A DNA stretch of 64,000 nucleotides from an uncultured Phycisphaerales bacterium (GCA_963772725.1 CAVYYI010000003.1:320001-384000); one strand, 5' to 3'; counted from the stretch's first letter, positions 33,958 through 43,720 are shown. A program made the numbers and translations. The notes: generated by a model from the sequence alone, not told the origin.

Positions 33958-35472
33958 TTAAGCCGTTTCTTTTTGAACCGCCTTGTACAAGACACCCTTT
34001 TTAACAAAGTCATATCTTTTAAGTAGAAACTCCGGACAATATCCCGCCACCGGCGAAACAACATATACTGCCCGCTCAGCAAAGAGCCTGTCTATTGCAT
34101 CTTCGCCGTAATTCTTCATATTATCTATTGTGCCGTGACTGGAAACAATTATAACATCTTTGCGTTTGCTTTCGAGTCTCTGTTTAATCACGAGCGGATA
34201 AGCCGTAGTACCATCCGCATAAATTACCGCGTCTTTTTCAACTCCATCAAGGGCCTCATCCACAAATTTATCTGCACCACAGTAACCTGTCTTCCACGGA
34301 CAAAGAAAATAAGCATATTCATCCCGATATGGAACTGTCCTCTTTGTACCGAGATTTATCTTCATATTTTCCGTTGCTTTCGGCGCCGCCGCATAAACTC
34401 CAATTGGTACAAAACTGAAAAATAATGACAGAAACACAAAAACTTTTTTATATGACATTTTCCGCAAAAAGTATATTCCGTATCCGATTAAAATCGCTGC
34501 AACGCAGTAAAAAGGCGTAAAAAACGAAAACCTGTCCGGTATCGTATAGCGAAAAGCAAAAACAAAAAACAGCACAAACAGCGTAAAAAGAATATTCCTG
34601 AAAGCCCTCTCCACCGGTAACTTAAATAGGCCATAACAACCAACAAGGAAAAGCAGAATATTAGGTGTCGGAAAGTTAAGAATAATAAACAGAAAATTTT
34701 CCTTCACAATCTTTGCCGACATCGAAGTATTCAGTACCGCTCCTTCCCAACTCCTGCCGAACGCCGCCGACGCCAGAATCGCGCCTATATTACCTGTCTG
34801 TATAATATTTTTAAGTATCAGGTATTCATAAGGCAGCGTCCCGACAATCCAGAAGAGTATAATAACTGCGAGATTTCTAAACCTTATTTCTTTCCTCCAC
34901 AGCAGCGTAACAAAAAATACCGCATAGCACAAAAGCGGCAATGTTCCAAGCATGTGGTCTGCGATCGACAACCCGTTAAATAATCCCAGCAGATAAAGAA
35001 AAATCACACGGCGGCGTTTGATATATTGCAGAAGCATTACCAACTCCGCAAGAAACAACGCAATATACAGAGTATAAGTCTCAACTACGCAGGCATGACT
35101 CCAGAACGTGTGAGAAACTCCAAGGCTGATTGCCCCTATTGTCGCCGCCCAGTTATCTTTCAGCCAAATCTGTATAAGTATAAACAGATTCGCAACAGCA
35201 ACGGCTGCCGCAATCGCGCTTACAAGATTTATTCTGTAGATCACCGACCCTATCGGCATAAATTTTGCCCCGATGGCTATTATGTAAAATAATGGATGCG
35301 ATAACGCAAGGCCCAGTCCGCCCTCTATATCGTTGTGTAATGTGCGATACTGAATCATTCCGCTATCCTGCCACAACAGCCCCGGCGAACAGGTAACAGC
35401 GTAAAATAAAGCCGCCAGAGCGAATACTATCGCATACTGCTTGAATAATTTCGGCTTGACCGCCGCAGACAA
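33958..35472 (-). CDS. DUF2723/TMEM260-like membrane protein (GT-C-type glycosyltransferase candidate)
   Basis: DSG, HPL, NLVSA, FWSHA...ETY, H motifs; multi-TM. Confidence 0.7.
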   Translation of the reverse strand: MSAAVKPKLFKQYAIVFALAALFYAVTCSPGLLWQDSGMIQYRTLHNDIEGGLGLALSHPLFYIIAIGAKFMPIGSVIYRINLVSAIAAAVAVANLFILIQIWLKDNWAATIGAISLGVSHTFWSHACVVETYTLYIALFLAELVMLLQYIKRRRVIFLYLLGLFNGLSIADHMLGTLPLLCYAVFFVTLLWRKEIRFRNLAVIILFWIVGTLPYEYLILKNIIQTGNIGAILASAAFGRSWEGAVLNTSMSAKIVKENFLFIILNFPTPNILLFLVGCYGLFKLPVERAFRNILFTLFVLFFVFAFRYTIPDRFSFFTPFYCVAAILIGYGIYFLRKMSYKKVFVFLSLFFSFVPIGVYAAAPKATENMKINLGTKRTVPYRDEYAYFLCPWKTGYCGADKFVDEALDGVEKDAVIYADGTTAYPLVIKQRLESKRKDVIIVSSHGTIDNMKNYGEDAIDRLFAERAVYVVSPVAGYCPEFLLKRYDFVKKGVLYKAVQKETA

Positions 35473-35489
35473 TGTATTATCACGAGAAA

Positions 35490-36464
35490 CTATTTTCCTG
35501 CTCCCGCCCGCCTGCAGCTCTCAATAATTAGTTTCAGCATTTCATCCAGATTTACTTTAGGCTCCCACCCGATTGCCTGCTTGATTCGCTCAAGATTCGG
35601 CACCCGCCTCATCATATCATCTATCGGCTTTCCATAAGCCGCCTCATACGACACAAACACCTTTTTACTCTTGCTGCCGGTCATTGCGATTATTTTATCC
35701 GCCAGAGCTTCAACTGTAATTTCTTCAGTCGAACCGATGTTATAAACCTTGCCCGCCGCTTTTTCGTTATTCATCAATCCGGTAATCGCGTCCACAACAT
35801 CGCCGACATAACCGAAACATCTGCTCTGCTTGCCCGTACCATAAATTGTAACCGGCTCATTTCGCAGAGCACTTTGAACAAATCGCGGCACCACCATTCC
35901 GTATTGTCCCGTCTGTCTCGGCCCAATAGTATTGAAAAATCTGCCTATCACAACACCCAGGCCATACTGCTGATAAAAGGCCAGCCCCAGGAATTCATCT
36001 ATCGCTTTGCTGCACGCGTAAGACCATCGCGACAAACTCGTACTGCCCAGCACAATATCGTCCTCTTCACTAAACGGTATTGTTTCACTCTTGCCATAAA
36101 CTTCGCTGCTCGATGCTATAAGTATTCTTCTCTTAAATTTATTAGCCGCCTCAAGCACAATTTCCGTCCCGTTAATATTCGTCTCTATTGTGCGAACCGG
36201 ATAATCCGCTATCAGTTTCACTCCGACCGCCGCGGCCAAATGATAAATAACATCGCACGCGCCAGCCAGGTCTTCTATCAGTTCGACATTACAAATATCC
36301 CCCTCGACAAATTTAAACTTCCGATGCCCCTTAAAACCCTCGATATTTGTCAAACTTCCCGTGCTGAGATTATCCACCGCGACAACATAATTGCCTTGCT
36401 TGAGCATTCGCTCTGCCAGATGAGAACCTATAAAGCCCGCCCCGCCTGTTATCAATATTTTCAT
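35490..36464 (-). CDS. NAD-dependent nucleotide-sugar epimerase/dehydratase (UDP-GlcA decarboxylase-like)
   Basis: MKILITGGAGFIGSH, HLAAAVGV, SSSEVYGK, RWSYACSK, RFFNTIGPRQ. Confidence 0.9.
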   Translation of the reverse strand: MKILITGGAGFIGSHLAERMLKQGNYVVAVDNLSTGSLTNIEGFKGHRKFKFVEGDICNVELIEDLAGACDVIYHLAAAVGVKLIADYPVRTIETNINGTEIVLEAANKFKRRILIASSSEVYGKSETIPFSEEDDIVLGSTSLSRWSYACSKAIDEFLGLAFYQQYGLGVVIGRFFNTIGPRQTGQYGMVVPRFVQSALRNEPVTIYGTGKQSRCFGYVGDVVDAITGLMNNEKAAGKVYNIGSTEEITVEALADKIIAMTGSKSKKVFVSYEAAYGKPIDDMMRRVPNLERIKQAIGWEPKVNLDEMLKLIIESCRRAGAGK

Positions 36465-36465
36465 T

Positions 36466-38121
36466 TTATCCCCTTCTCTGGAAAACAAAAACATTAAATT
36501 GAGACCGAGGCGAATAACCCGCCGCACGCTCACCCCAGCAGTAAATCGGCGAACCACCCGTAATATCCACCACCCCGACAGGCTCATAATATTTTTGTCT
36601 GTAATGTTCCATCCACTCAAAAACCTTTTTCGTGGAATTTGGCCGCATTAGCCAAGAAGTAGGAATATTCACAAAAACCAAAAATTTCGGCATAGCGTTT
36701 TCCACCTGGCTTATCATCTCATCCTGCATCTGCAAAGCATAAGGATGCTCTTCCATCAGCGGATACGCGTAAACATACGCCGTCGCGGACCGCCTGCCCG
36801 AATAAAAAAATATCTGGGGTTCAGACCCCAGTATCGCAATCTTGTCATCCTTATTTGAATGCTCCTTAATGTACCGGGCAATCTCAAGCGATTCAGTAAA
36901 AGGATTGATTCCATAAGTTTTCTGGCACGCCTGCTCCGGACTCATCTCAAAGAAAAACTCACGCTGTTGATAAATGCTAAAAAGCAGAACCGCCGCCACA
37001 ACGATTGTCGATATTACCCCCGCCGTTAAGGCTGAACCGCTTTTTGTTATAATATCCCTGATGAACAACGCCCCGATACCGGCGAGCATCGCGACCGCGG
37101 GCAGAACAAAAATAAAATAATGCTCGCGGAAATAAAACCCCGGACAGGTTGCCAAAAAAGAAAAAATCAGAAATCCGCAGACAAAAAAACTGTATCGCCG
37201 AAAATCTCTCTTCAAAAATAAGCCTATAAGACCGATACCGCCAAGCATCCAAATCAAAATAGTCGAACCGACAATACTCTTCATCGTTATTTTCAATATA
37301 TCCAGCCCAACCTTTAACGGTATCATCGAAACATACTGGCGGGCATAGTCAAACGTCCAGAACCAGAACTTCTCAAACACTCCCACCTGCCATAAAATAA
37401 GGCATGTTAAAATAAAAGGAAATACCACTGCCGCTGAAAATAATAGCCATCTGGCGGCTAACACTTGCCATTTAAAGGGCTTATGCTGAATTTCCCTGAA
37501 CAAAAAATACAGCCCGCCAAACATAATAAACGCCGCTCCGTGCTGTTTCATCATAAACGCAATTCCAAACAGCAATCCGGCGGCTAAAAGATTCCACCAT
37601 CGACGATTTTTCTCGCAATGAACCAGCAGCAAAATCCCTGCGAGCGCCGGAAGAATCACAAAATGTTCCGCGTTCGCGAAAACACCCAGAACCTGTTGAC
37701 TCATCGAAAGCACCGCGAAACAACCCGCCGCCGTTACAGCGGCAAAGTAATCGAAAAATTCTCTGACAAGCAGAAACACCAGTAAAATTGTTCCGGCGTT
37801 AATCAAAAGCAGTCCGAAATGAATCCCGCCGAGCGTCTGGCCGAAAACCGCCATAATCCCCGCATAAGCCGCGTAAATCCCCGGCATCTTCATATTGTAA
37901 ACCTCAGCATAAGGCGCAACTCCCTGAAGTATCAACTGCCCCGCATAGGCGTACTCTCCTTCATCACGTTCCATCGGAACATTCAGCAGGCGCATTCTCA
38001 CTGCACCGGCAAAAAGGATTATGATAATAACCACCGCCCACGGCCAATAAAGCCTTAAAGGGGGGTTTTGTAAGGGGATATGTTGCTGCAACGGGGCAAC
38101 CTGCTTTTTATTTTTGCTCAT
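36466..38121 (-). CDS. ArnT/PMT-like GT-C membrane glycosyltransferase
   Basis: ERDEGEYAY, K.PG, ANAEHF, KQ, HYF motifs; multi-TM with periplasmic C-terminus. Confidence 0.8.
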   Translation of the reverse strand: MSKNKKQVAPLQQHIPLQNPPLRLYWPWAVVIIIILFAGAVRMRLLNVPMERDEGEYAYAGQLILQGVAPYAEVYNMKMPGIYAAYAGIMAVFGQTLGGIHFGLLLINAGTILLVFLLVREFFDYFAAVTAAGCFAVLSMSQQVLGVFANAEHFVILPALAGILLLVHCEKNRRWWNLLAAGLLFGIAFMMKQHGAAFIMFGGLYFLFREIQHKPFKWQVLAARWLLFSAAVVFPFILTCLILWQVGVFEKFWFWTFDYARQYVSMIPLKVGLDILKITMKSIVGSTILIWMLGGIGLIGLFLKRDFRRYSFFVCGFLIFSFLATCPGFYFREHYFIFVLPAVAMLAGIGALFIRDIITKSGSALTAGVISTIVVAAVLLFSIYQQREFFFEMSPEQACQKTYGINPFTESLEIARYIKEHSNKDDKIAILGSEPQIFFYSGRRSATAYVYAYPLMEEHPYALQMQDEMISQVENAMPKFLVFVNIPTSWLMRPNSTKKVFEWMEHYRQKYYEPVGVVDITGGSPIYCWGERAAGYSPRSQFNVFVFQRRG

Positions 38122-38218
38122 TTGATAGATAGAGTACAGGGTTTAGGGGGTAGGTTATAGTTTACCAAAAGCCCACCAGATTTATCTTGGAGATTATTTC
38201 CCTGCTGATTTATAGCAA

Positions 38219-39032
38219 TCAAATCTCAACCTGTTTTAGCCACTCGCGTATGGGTTTTGCATAAAGTTCGCCCGACACGTCGAACCCATCATTGTGACCG
38301 CCTTTTATCTTCACAAATTTCTTGGGTTCCGGCGCTGCTTCAAATAACGCCTCACCAAACCGGTACGGACAAATCTTGTCTTCCGGACTGTGTACTACCA
38401 TCACTGGACATTTTACCTTTTTAATATTATCCAGCGTCGGATACTTATACTGGCTCAAAATAGCAACCAGCCACTTAGGCTGATATATCGCCCCTACATC
38501 TTTTACTGATGTAAAACCGCTCTCAATCCAAAGCCCAGCGGGCCTTACCCGCGTTGCCAGCTCTGTTGCGATACTCGATCCCAGCGACCTTCCAAATACC
38601 ACAATTGAATTCGGTTCGGCCTTTTTGGTTTCCCTCAGCCAGTTCCACGCTGCCATCGCATCTTGATATGTACCCTTCTCACTTGGGACACCTTTGCTCC
38701 TGCCATAACCGCGGTAATCAATCATCATACAGTTGCAGACCTGAATCAGTGATAAACTTTGCCGTACTGATACAGCCGCTGATATTGCCGCCATTTCCAT
38801 GAAAAAACAACACTGTCAGCTTCGCGTTAAAGCAGGGAAAATACCAGCCGTTAATCAGGTTGCCCGATGAATCGATAAAAACTTCTTGGTATTCAATGCC
38901 TCTTTTGTCAGGAGTCGTGAATATTTCTTTTGAAGGTACATATACGAATTTTTGTGCACACGAGCTAACCGCTAAACCTACGCTGATCACTAAAATTGCT
39001 AATGTTGACACTAAAACCAAAAATCGTTTCAT
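38219..39032 (-). CDS. Alpha/beta hydrolase (ABHD/Bem46-like); frameshift near 38738
   Basis: FHGNGGN, DYRGYG.S.G, GRSLG, HSPED, GGHND. Confidence 0.88.
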
Positions 39033-39525
39033 ACTTCTCCAAAACGAAACTAAAAATCAAGGATGCTCAGCAATCGAAAATTACTTTAGACTCCGTCCCC
39101 GTCGGCTACGCCGAAAATCCGCATAATTATTTCCATTTGCCTCAAATCTCACCCGGAAAATCCTGCCGTATGTCAAACCCGGCAAAACAGATTTGCATCT
39201 CAGGCTTGTCATTACATAAGTATCGTCATATAAAGAACATAGCTTTAGTTAAAGATGCGCCGAGAATCGCAATAATAGCCTGTTCTTTCGATATCATATA
39301 TACCTTCAAAACGACCTATAAGTTCATACTACGTTAAGGTTATCAAAATTATATTATAGGACATCCCAGCGAAAATTACAAACATCCTTATAGCAGTGGG
39401 TTTTCAGCAACACAATGCCCGTTTTTATATGGAAATTCAAAACTTGCGGTCTGCCCATCAGGCCGAGCAACACCGAAAGATTTGCCATGAGCGAACTTGT
39501 CCTGAATACCATCGAAAGAGCTGAA

Positions 39526-40386
39526 TTACCATCTGCGGTAAAATTTAGCGGCTGCCTTTCCCGGACGCCAAAGAGGAGTCAGATTATTGTACCCCGTCTC
39601 TGTCTTTTCCACAGCCATATCATCCGCCTTTAATCTGCTGACATGCCAGTCCGCAAAACCAACATTAACTGTTTTATTCGGATGCCTTCCGCTTATCGCG
39701 TCATCTATCTCGCAGGACCATAGATTTGTCCTCTTTTCATTAAGCTTCATACCCGGTATATAGGCGGTATCCTCCATAAATACCGCTGGATTGACCAGCT
39801 TAACTGGCGGTGCGTCTGTTACATGCCACCAGCTTATGATAGCGTAGCCGCAGTCGGCTATCAAAAACGTGTTGCCGGCATTTGGGATATTAGACATACT
39901 TAATGGCGGTGTCCCCAATGGAGATTTGCCGATAAATTCAGCCTTACTGGTGCCGCCGATGGCATTTGTATATTTAAATACAGAAAGGTTCACACCGTAA
40001 TTGCCGCACAGGACATCGTCTTTATACGGAACATCTTTTATATTTTTGGATGGGCACAAAAGAGCAACCCCCTTCCCACCGTTTCTTCTGGTATAATCAG
40101 AAATATAATTAAACCACCACCAACCCCATCTGTTATACTGCCAGCCTGGGACCCACCCTCCCGGCGGTGCGGTTAAATGGGTATCGTTCAGCGCAAAAGG
40201 CAAGCGATAATTATCGCCCTCATACATTGAAAAACCAAACAGAAGCTGCCTGATATTCGAGCCGCAAAGCACGGTTTTAGCCTGCAGTTTGCAATTGCGC
40301 AGGGCAGGAGTTATTATAGCGGCCAATAACGCGATTATGCCGATAACCGCCAGTAACTCAATAAGGGTAAATCCTGCTCGCTTCAT
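39526..40386 (-). CDS. Prepilin-type N-terminal cleavage/methylation protein, DUF1559/H-X9-DG-like
   Basis: MKRAGFTLIELLAVI, C.SNIRQL, LCPS, C-terminal RHPNKTVNVGFADWHV. Confidence 0.85.
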   Translation of the reverse strand: MKRAGFTLIELLAVIGIIALLAAIITPALRNCKLQAKTVLCGSNIRQLLFGFSMYEGDNYRLPFALNDTHLTAPPGGWVPGWQYNRWGWWWFNYISDYTRRNGGKGVALLCPSKNIKDVPYKDDVLCGNYGVNLSVFKYTNAIGGTSKAEFIGKSPLGTPPLSMSNIPNAGNTFLIADCGYAIISWWHVTDAPPVKLVNPAVFMEDTAYIPGMKLNEKRTNLWSCEIDDAISGRHPNKTVNVGFADWHVSRLKADDMAVEKTETGYNNLTPLWRPGKAAAKFYRRW

Positions 40387-40582
40387 AAACACATCTTACA
40401 CTCCAACTGCTGTTTAATCAAGGATGAAGGATTTCCGATTTTCCATTGCCGATTTCCGATTTGTAATAAAAAACTAGCCCGCGGATAAACCCTTCGGTAA
40501 ACTCAGGGCAGGCCGCGGTGTTTTTGGTTTTATTCTAAGTTCTGAATTCTACATTCCGTGTTCTGTCCTCTTAAAACAGGAT

Positions 40583-40613
40583 GGGCAGGCGAGTTGAACT
40601 CGCCTGCCCTTTT
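40583..40613. terminator. GC-rich hairpin, probable intrinsic terminator
   Basis: GGGCAGGCGAGTT-G-AACTCGCCTGCCC perfect inverted repeat followed by TTTT on +; lies downstream of the C39 fusion gene. Confidence 0.65.
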
Positions 40614-40717
40614 CCGACCTCGGCGAATATAGCAGCTATCAAAAAAAACATACGGGCCAGCCGCTGTGAATTCTAAGTCCTTTTAAAAATCACCTCGGCG
40701 AGGACTATACATTCTGT

Positions 40718-42517
40718 TTACAAGCAGGCCCGCATATAAGTAAAGTGCCAATCACCATCACCTACGCAAAGTGTAGGGTACTGAATGTCCTCTATGCACA
40801 TACAATATCTGGACCTTTCCATAACAGGCTGACTGCAGCTTCCGCTATCAGCGGTTCCGCAGCCCCACCTTTTCCAGTATGTGTAAGCATTTCCGCCGCA
40901 AAGCCCCCCGATATAGTCGCACGATATTAAATTATACTCCTGCATAATTCTGTTGCATTGATAATAAGCGGCGCCGGCGATATTGCCGAGCTGGTCATTT
41001 GCGATTTCGGTAAACTGACCGCCGATTGGTTCAGCGGAAATCAGTAGTGCCACACCATCGCTCCAGTCCATATTGAAAAAACCGACATCCGTGCGATAGT
41101 AAAACCTGTCGCTTGTCAGGTCTATGATTCTCACGGAGCTTTCGTCAATACGGTCCAGCACGACGAAATGCTGCTTACCGGGGATATGCAGTATAACCTG
41201 GCAGTTGTTCAGGTTTTTAAGCGAATCGATATCGGTTTGAACGGCCTTACAGTACAGGCCAAGACTTTCGGCAAGCTGCTTCATCGACGAAAGACTTGTC
41301 TTATTGTCCGTACTGTTCACTATCCCGGCAAGCTGCTGCTCAGTAACATTTTTGCCGAGTTTGCCTGTTGTGTATTTCAGTGATTCCGTCGCGCAGTTCT
41401 GCACCTTGGTGCCTTGTCCGGCGGCATAAGCCAGCCTTTCCGCCAGCAGTTGTTCTGTATCGGTGACATTCGAATGATTGTATATTACAGGTTTGGCAGT
41501 AACGGGAGACATATACTCAACCTGTACATCCTGCTCAAGCTGAACTTCAAAACCGTCCGCCCCCGGCAGGTTGCAGTCAACCACGGCAAATGTCCATAAA
41601 TCGTGGCCGAGTAGCTTGTTCGTGCCGGCCTCGATTTGTTCGATTAAAATCATTTGAGGCATCATAATGCCCGCGACCGCCTGATAATTCGAGTATTGCC
41701 TCGAAATAATCCTGGTCGGTGTCTCAGTCGTATAAGACAGGAGCGCATAGTCGATAGCGGTGTCGATTACGAAAGTGAGCCTTTTTTCAGCAGACACGTT
41801 TATGGTTAAAGCTACCACTGTCCGGCCGCCAAGAGTCGTCTCAATCGCCGATGAGTCAACTGTGGTTAAATTGTCATAAGTATAATATCCGTAACCCCAG
41901 GGTACTATCCCGACATTCAAAGGCCCGTTGACGCCCCGAGGCATCTTGCCCGCCGTATCAACCATCGCGTTTTTAGCCGACGCCGCGTAAGTTGTGTATT
42001 TCTGACCGTCCCACGCGAATATCCTTTTGCCGTTCCAGTTGACATTGAATTCGTCGGTCATGAAATTATTCTCTACGTCTTTACCAGGCTTTACCGAATC
42101 GCTGCGCGAGGTTACTTCTATTTCCCAATAGAATTTTTCGCCGTCGTATTTCACCGTTTCATTCGAAATCATCGTGGACTCGTTGGCCAATTCGTAGCGG
42201 GTATTGAACGGAATCGCGTCGAGCTTCATTTTCTGCATTTCTTCGGTCAGTTCAATCTTATTGGTACTGTTCTGGTAATCCGCGACTTTTTGCTTGATTT
42301 GACGGTTAATCTCGGTGGGGTCAGTTATTTTAGGCGCCTTGTATTCCTCGTGTACCGCTTTAACCGTCCCGGCGGAAATCCAGGCTTTTCGCGGCTTGCC
42401 TGTCAATTGGCCAAAAAGCTGCAGCACCTCGCTTCTCTGCAACTGCCTGTCGGCAAAAACATCACCACAGAACAGCAATAACAAAACAATTGTTATTAGG
42501 CTTTTTATGGTCTTCAT
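40718..42517 (-). CDS. Secreted protein: beta-rich N-terminal domain + C39-like cysteine peptidase + double-glycine-type leader + Cys-rich peptide
   Basis: AAGGAG RBS and signal peptide MKTIKSLITIVLLLLFCGDVFA; QNCA, TSLSSMKQLAESLGL, VILH..QHFVVL, IID; then FTEIANDQLGNIAGA and 83 aa with 9 Cys. Confidence 0.8.
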   Translation of the reverse strand: MKTIKSLITIVLLLLFCGDVFADRQLQRSEVLQLFGQLTGKPRKAWISAGTVKAVHEEYKAPKITDPTEINRQIKQKVADYQNSTNKIELTEEMQKMKLDAIPFNTRYELANESTMISNETVKYDGEKFYWEIEVTSRSDSVKPGKDVENNFMTDEFNVNWNGKRIFAWDGQKYTTYAASAKNAMVDTAGKMPRGVNGPLNVGIVPWGYGYYTYDNLTTVDSSAIETTLGGRTVVALTINVSAEKRLTFVIDTAIDYALLSYTTETPTRIISRQYSNYQAVAGIMMPQMILIEQIEAGTNKLLGHDLWTFAVVDCNLPGADGFEVQLEQDVQVEYMSPVTAKPVIYNHSNVTDTEQLLAERLAYAAGQGTKVQNCATESLKYTTGKLGKNVTEQQLAGIVNSTDNKTSLSSMKQLAESLGLYCKAVQTDIDSLKNLNNCQVILHIPGKQHFVVLDRIDESSVRIIDLTSDRFYYRTDVGFFNMDWSDGVALLISAEPIGGQFTEIANDQLGNIAGAAYYQCNRIMQEYNLISCDYIGGLCGGNAYTYWKRWGCGTADSGSCSQPVMERSRYCMCIEDIQYPTLCVGDGDWHFTYMRACL

Positions 42518-42844
42518 AAAACTTCTCCTTACTCCCCCTAAAATTAAAAAATTTAAATGGTACCTTACCATTTTTTTCCCTATACACGGCAATGATAAAA
42601 AACACTTCTATAAATCGGCGTTTTTAGAGGGGTAAAATGTGACAGTTTTTTTGAAATTTTTGTAAAAAAATGTGAAAAAGTGTAAAAAAACCGTCCGTTT
42701 GTGTAATTTTTTGATAAATTCATACCCCCAAAAAACGTATGAATTTAATATGATTTGCTAACGGCAGGTTTTAGTCCGATAACATTACTAATTTTTTGAC
42801 GCAAAAACACAGCTATGGCCGCTTTTATGCCTCAAAACAATTGA

Positions 42845-43483
42845 CTATTCTGTTTCTTCAAGCCAATAATCGCAAAACATAACCAAATCATCTATATCAA
42901 TTTTGCTGTCGGTATTGTGAAAATTCACTTTTTCGCAGTCGCCCTGGCAGTTTTGTTCCTGCCAATATGAGGCAAAAGTGGTAAAATCGACAAAATCAAC
43001 GATTTTGCTGTTATCGAAATCGCGTGTAGGGACATGGACAAAAGTGCTTTCATGGATCGGCACAGGATTGTCAAAGTAATTTTCATAGAGCTTTACTGTG
43101 CAGTTACCCTCTTGAAGAGCATTATAATCAACAAGAAACCAATCACCTATGTTCCCTAATCCGCTATATTCGAAGCCGTCCTGTCCTGCATCATCATCGT
43201 GCAGAAAGCATATAAAAGCATCTGGATGTGCAGCCGCCAGGAGAGAACCTTCATCTAATACTCCACGGTCCCAGTCGGGTCTTTCGATAACCATATCATA
43301 ATAGTAATCATTTGTTACGATGGTGTCTGAACTAACAATAAGGGTAAGTTTAGTGCCGACCATTACCTCATTATAAAGCAGAGGTGTATTGCCGTCGGCC
43401 AGGCATACTCTTACTGAAAACTCCCCTTTGACCGCCTGTGTCATTCCCAAAAACAGAAATAATAATATCAGTTTCTTTTTCAT
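42845..43483 (-). CDS. Secreted protein with C-terminal dockerin-like EF-hand pair
   Basis: Signal peptide; DFDNSKIVDFVDFTTFASYW and NFHNTDSKIDIDDLVMFCDYWL; GAGGAG RBS. Confidence 0.75.
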   Translation of the reverse strand: MKKKLILLFLFLGMTQAVKGEFSVRVCLADGNTPLLYNEVMVGTKLTLIVSSDTIVTNDYYYDMVIERPDWDRGVLDEGSLLAAAHPDAFICFLHDDDAGQDGFEYSGLGNIGDWFLVDYNALQEGNCTVKLYENYFDNPVPIHESTFVHVPTRDFDNSKIVDFVDFTTFASYWQEQNCQGDCEKVNFHNTDSKIDIDDLVMFCDYWLEETE

Positions 43484-43691
43484 AATCCGCCTCCTCAAAA
43501 AGACATTTAAACAGTCCTATGCGTTCTAATCTCGCCAAAAGCATTACAACGTCAGGGCTTAGCCGTAAACTTTTTAAAAATCGGGAACATTTTTAGGAGG
43601 GGGAAACGATGTGAATTACACCTATTCTGTCCAAACGGCAATATATTTTGCCCTAATTCATCATCCTATCCTCCTCTACACATTAAGAGGA

Positions 43692-43720
43692 AATTTACAG
43701 CATTTCAGATGTTAAGTCAA
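43692..43720 (-). promoter_or_regulatory. sigma70-type promoter upstream of the dockerin-like and C39 genes
   Basis: Minus strand TTGACT-N17-TAAATT. Confidence 0.55.

Noticed and set aside
38996..39337. 113-aa plus-strand ORF in the spacer
   Set aside because: No RBS or motif, and it overlaps the hydrolase start; probably non-coding regulatory DNA.
39640..39690. DW instead of DG in the H-X9-DG-like motif
   Set aside because: A single-base difference that could be drift or a sequencing error; not enough for a functional claim.
40425..40571. CRISPR array
   Set aside because: The repeats are degenerate 7-mers without unique spacers; no cas genes.
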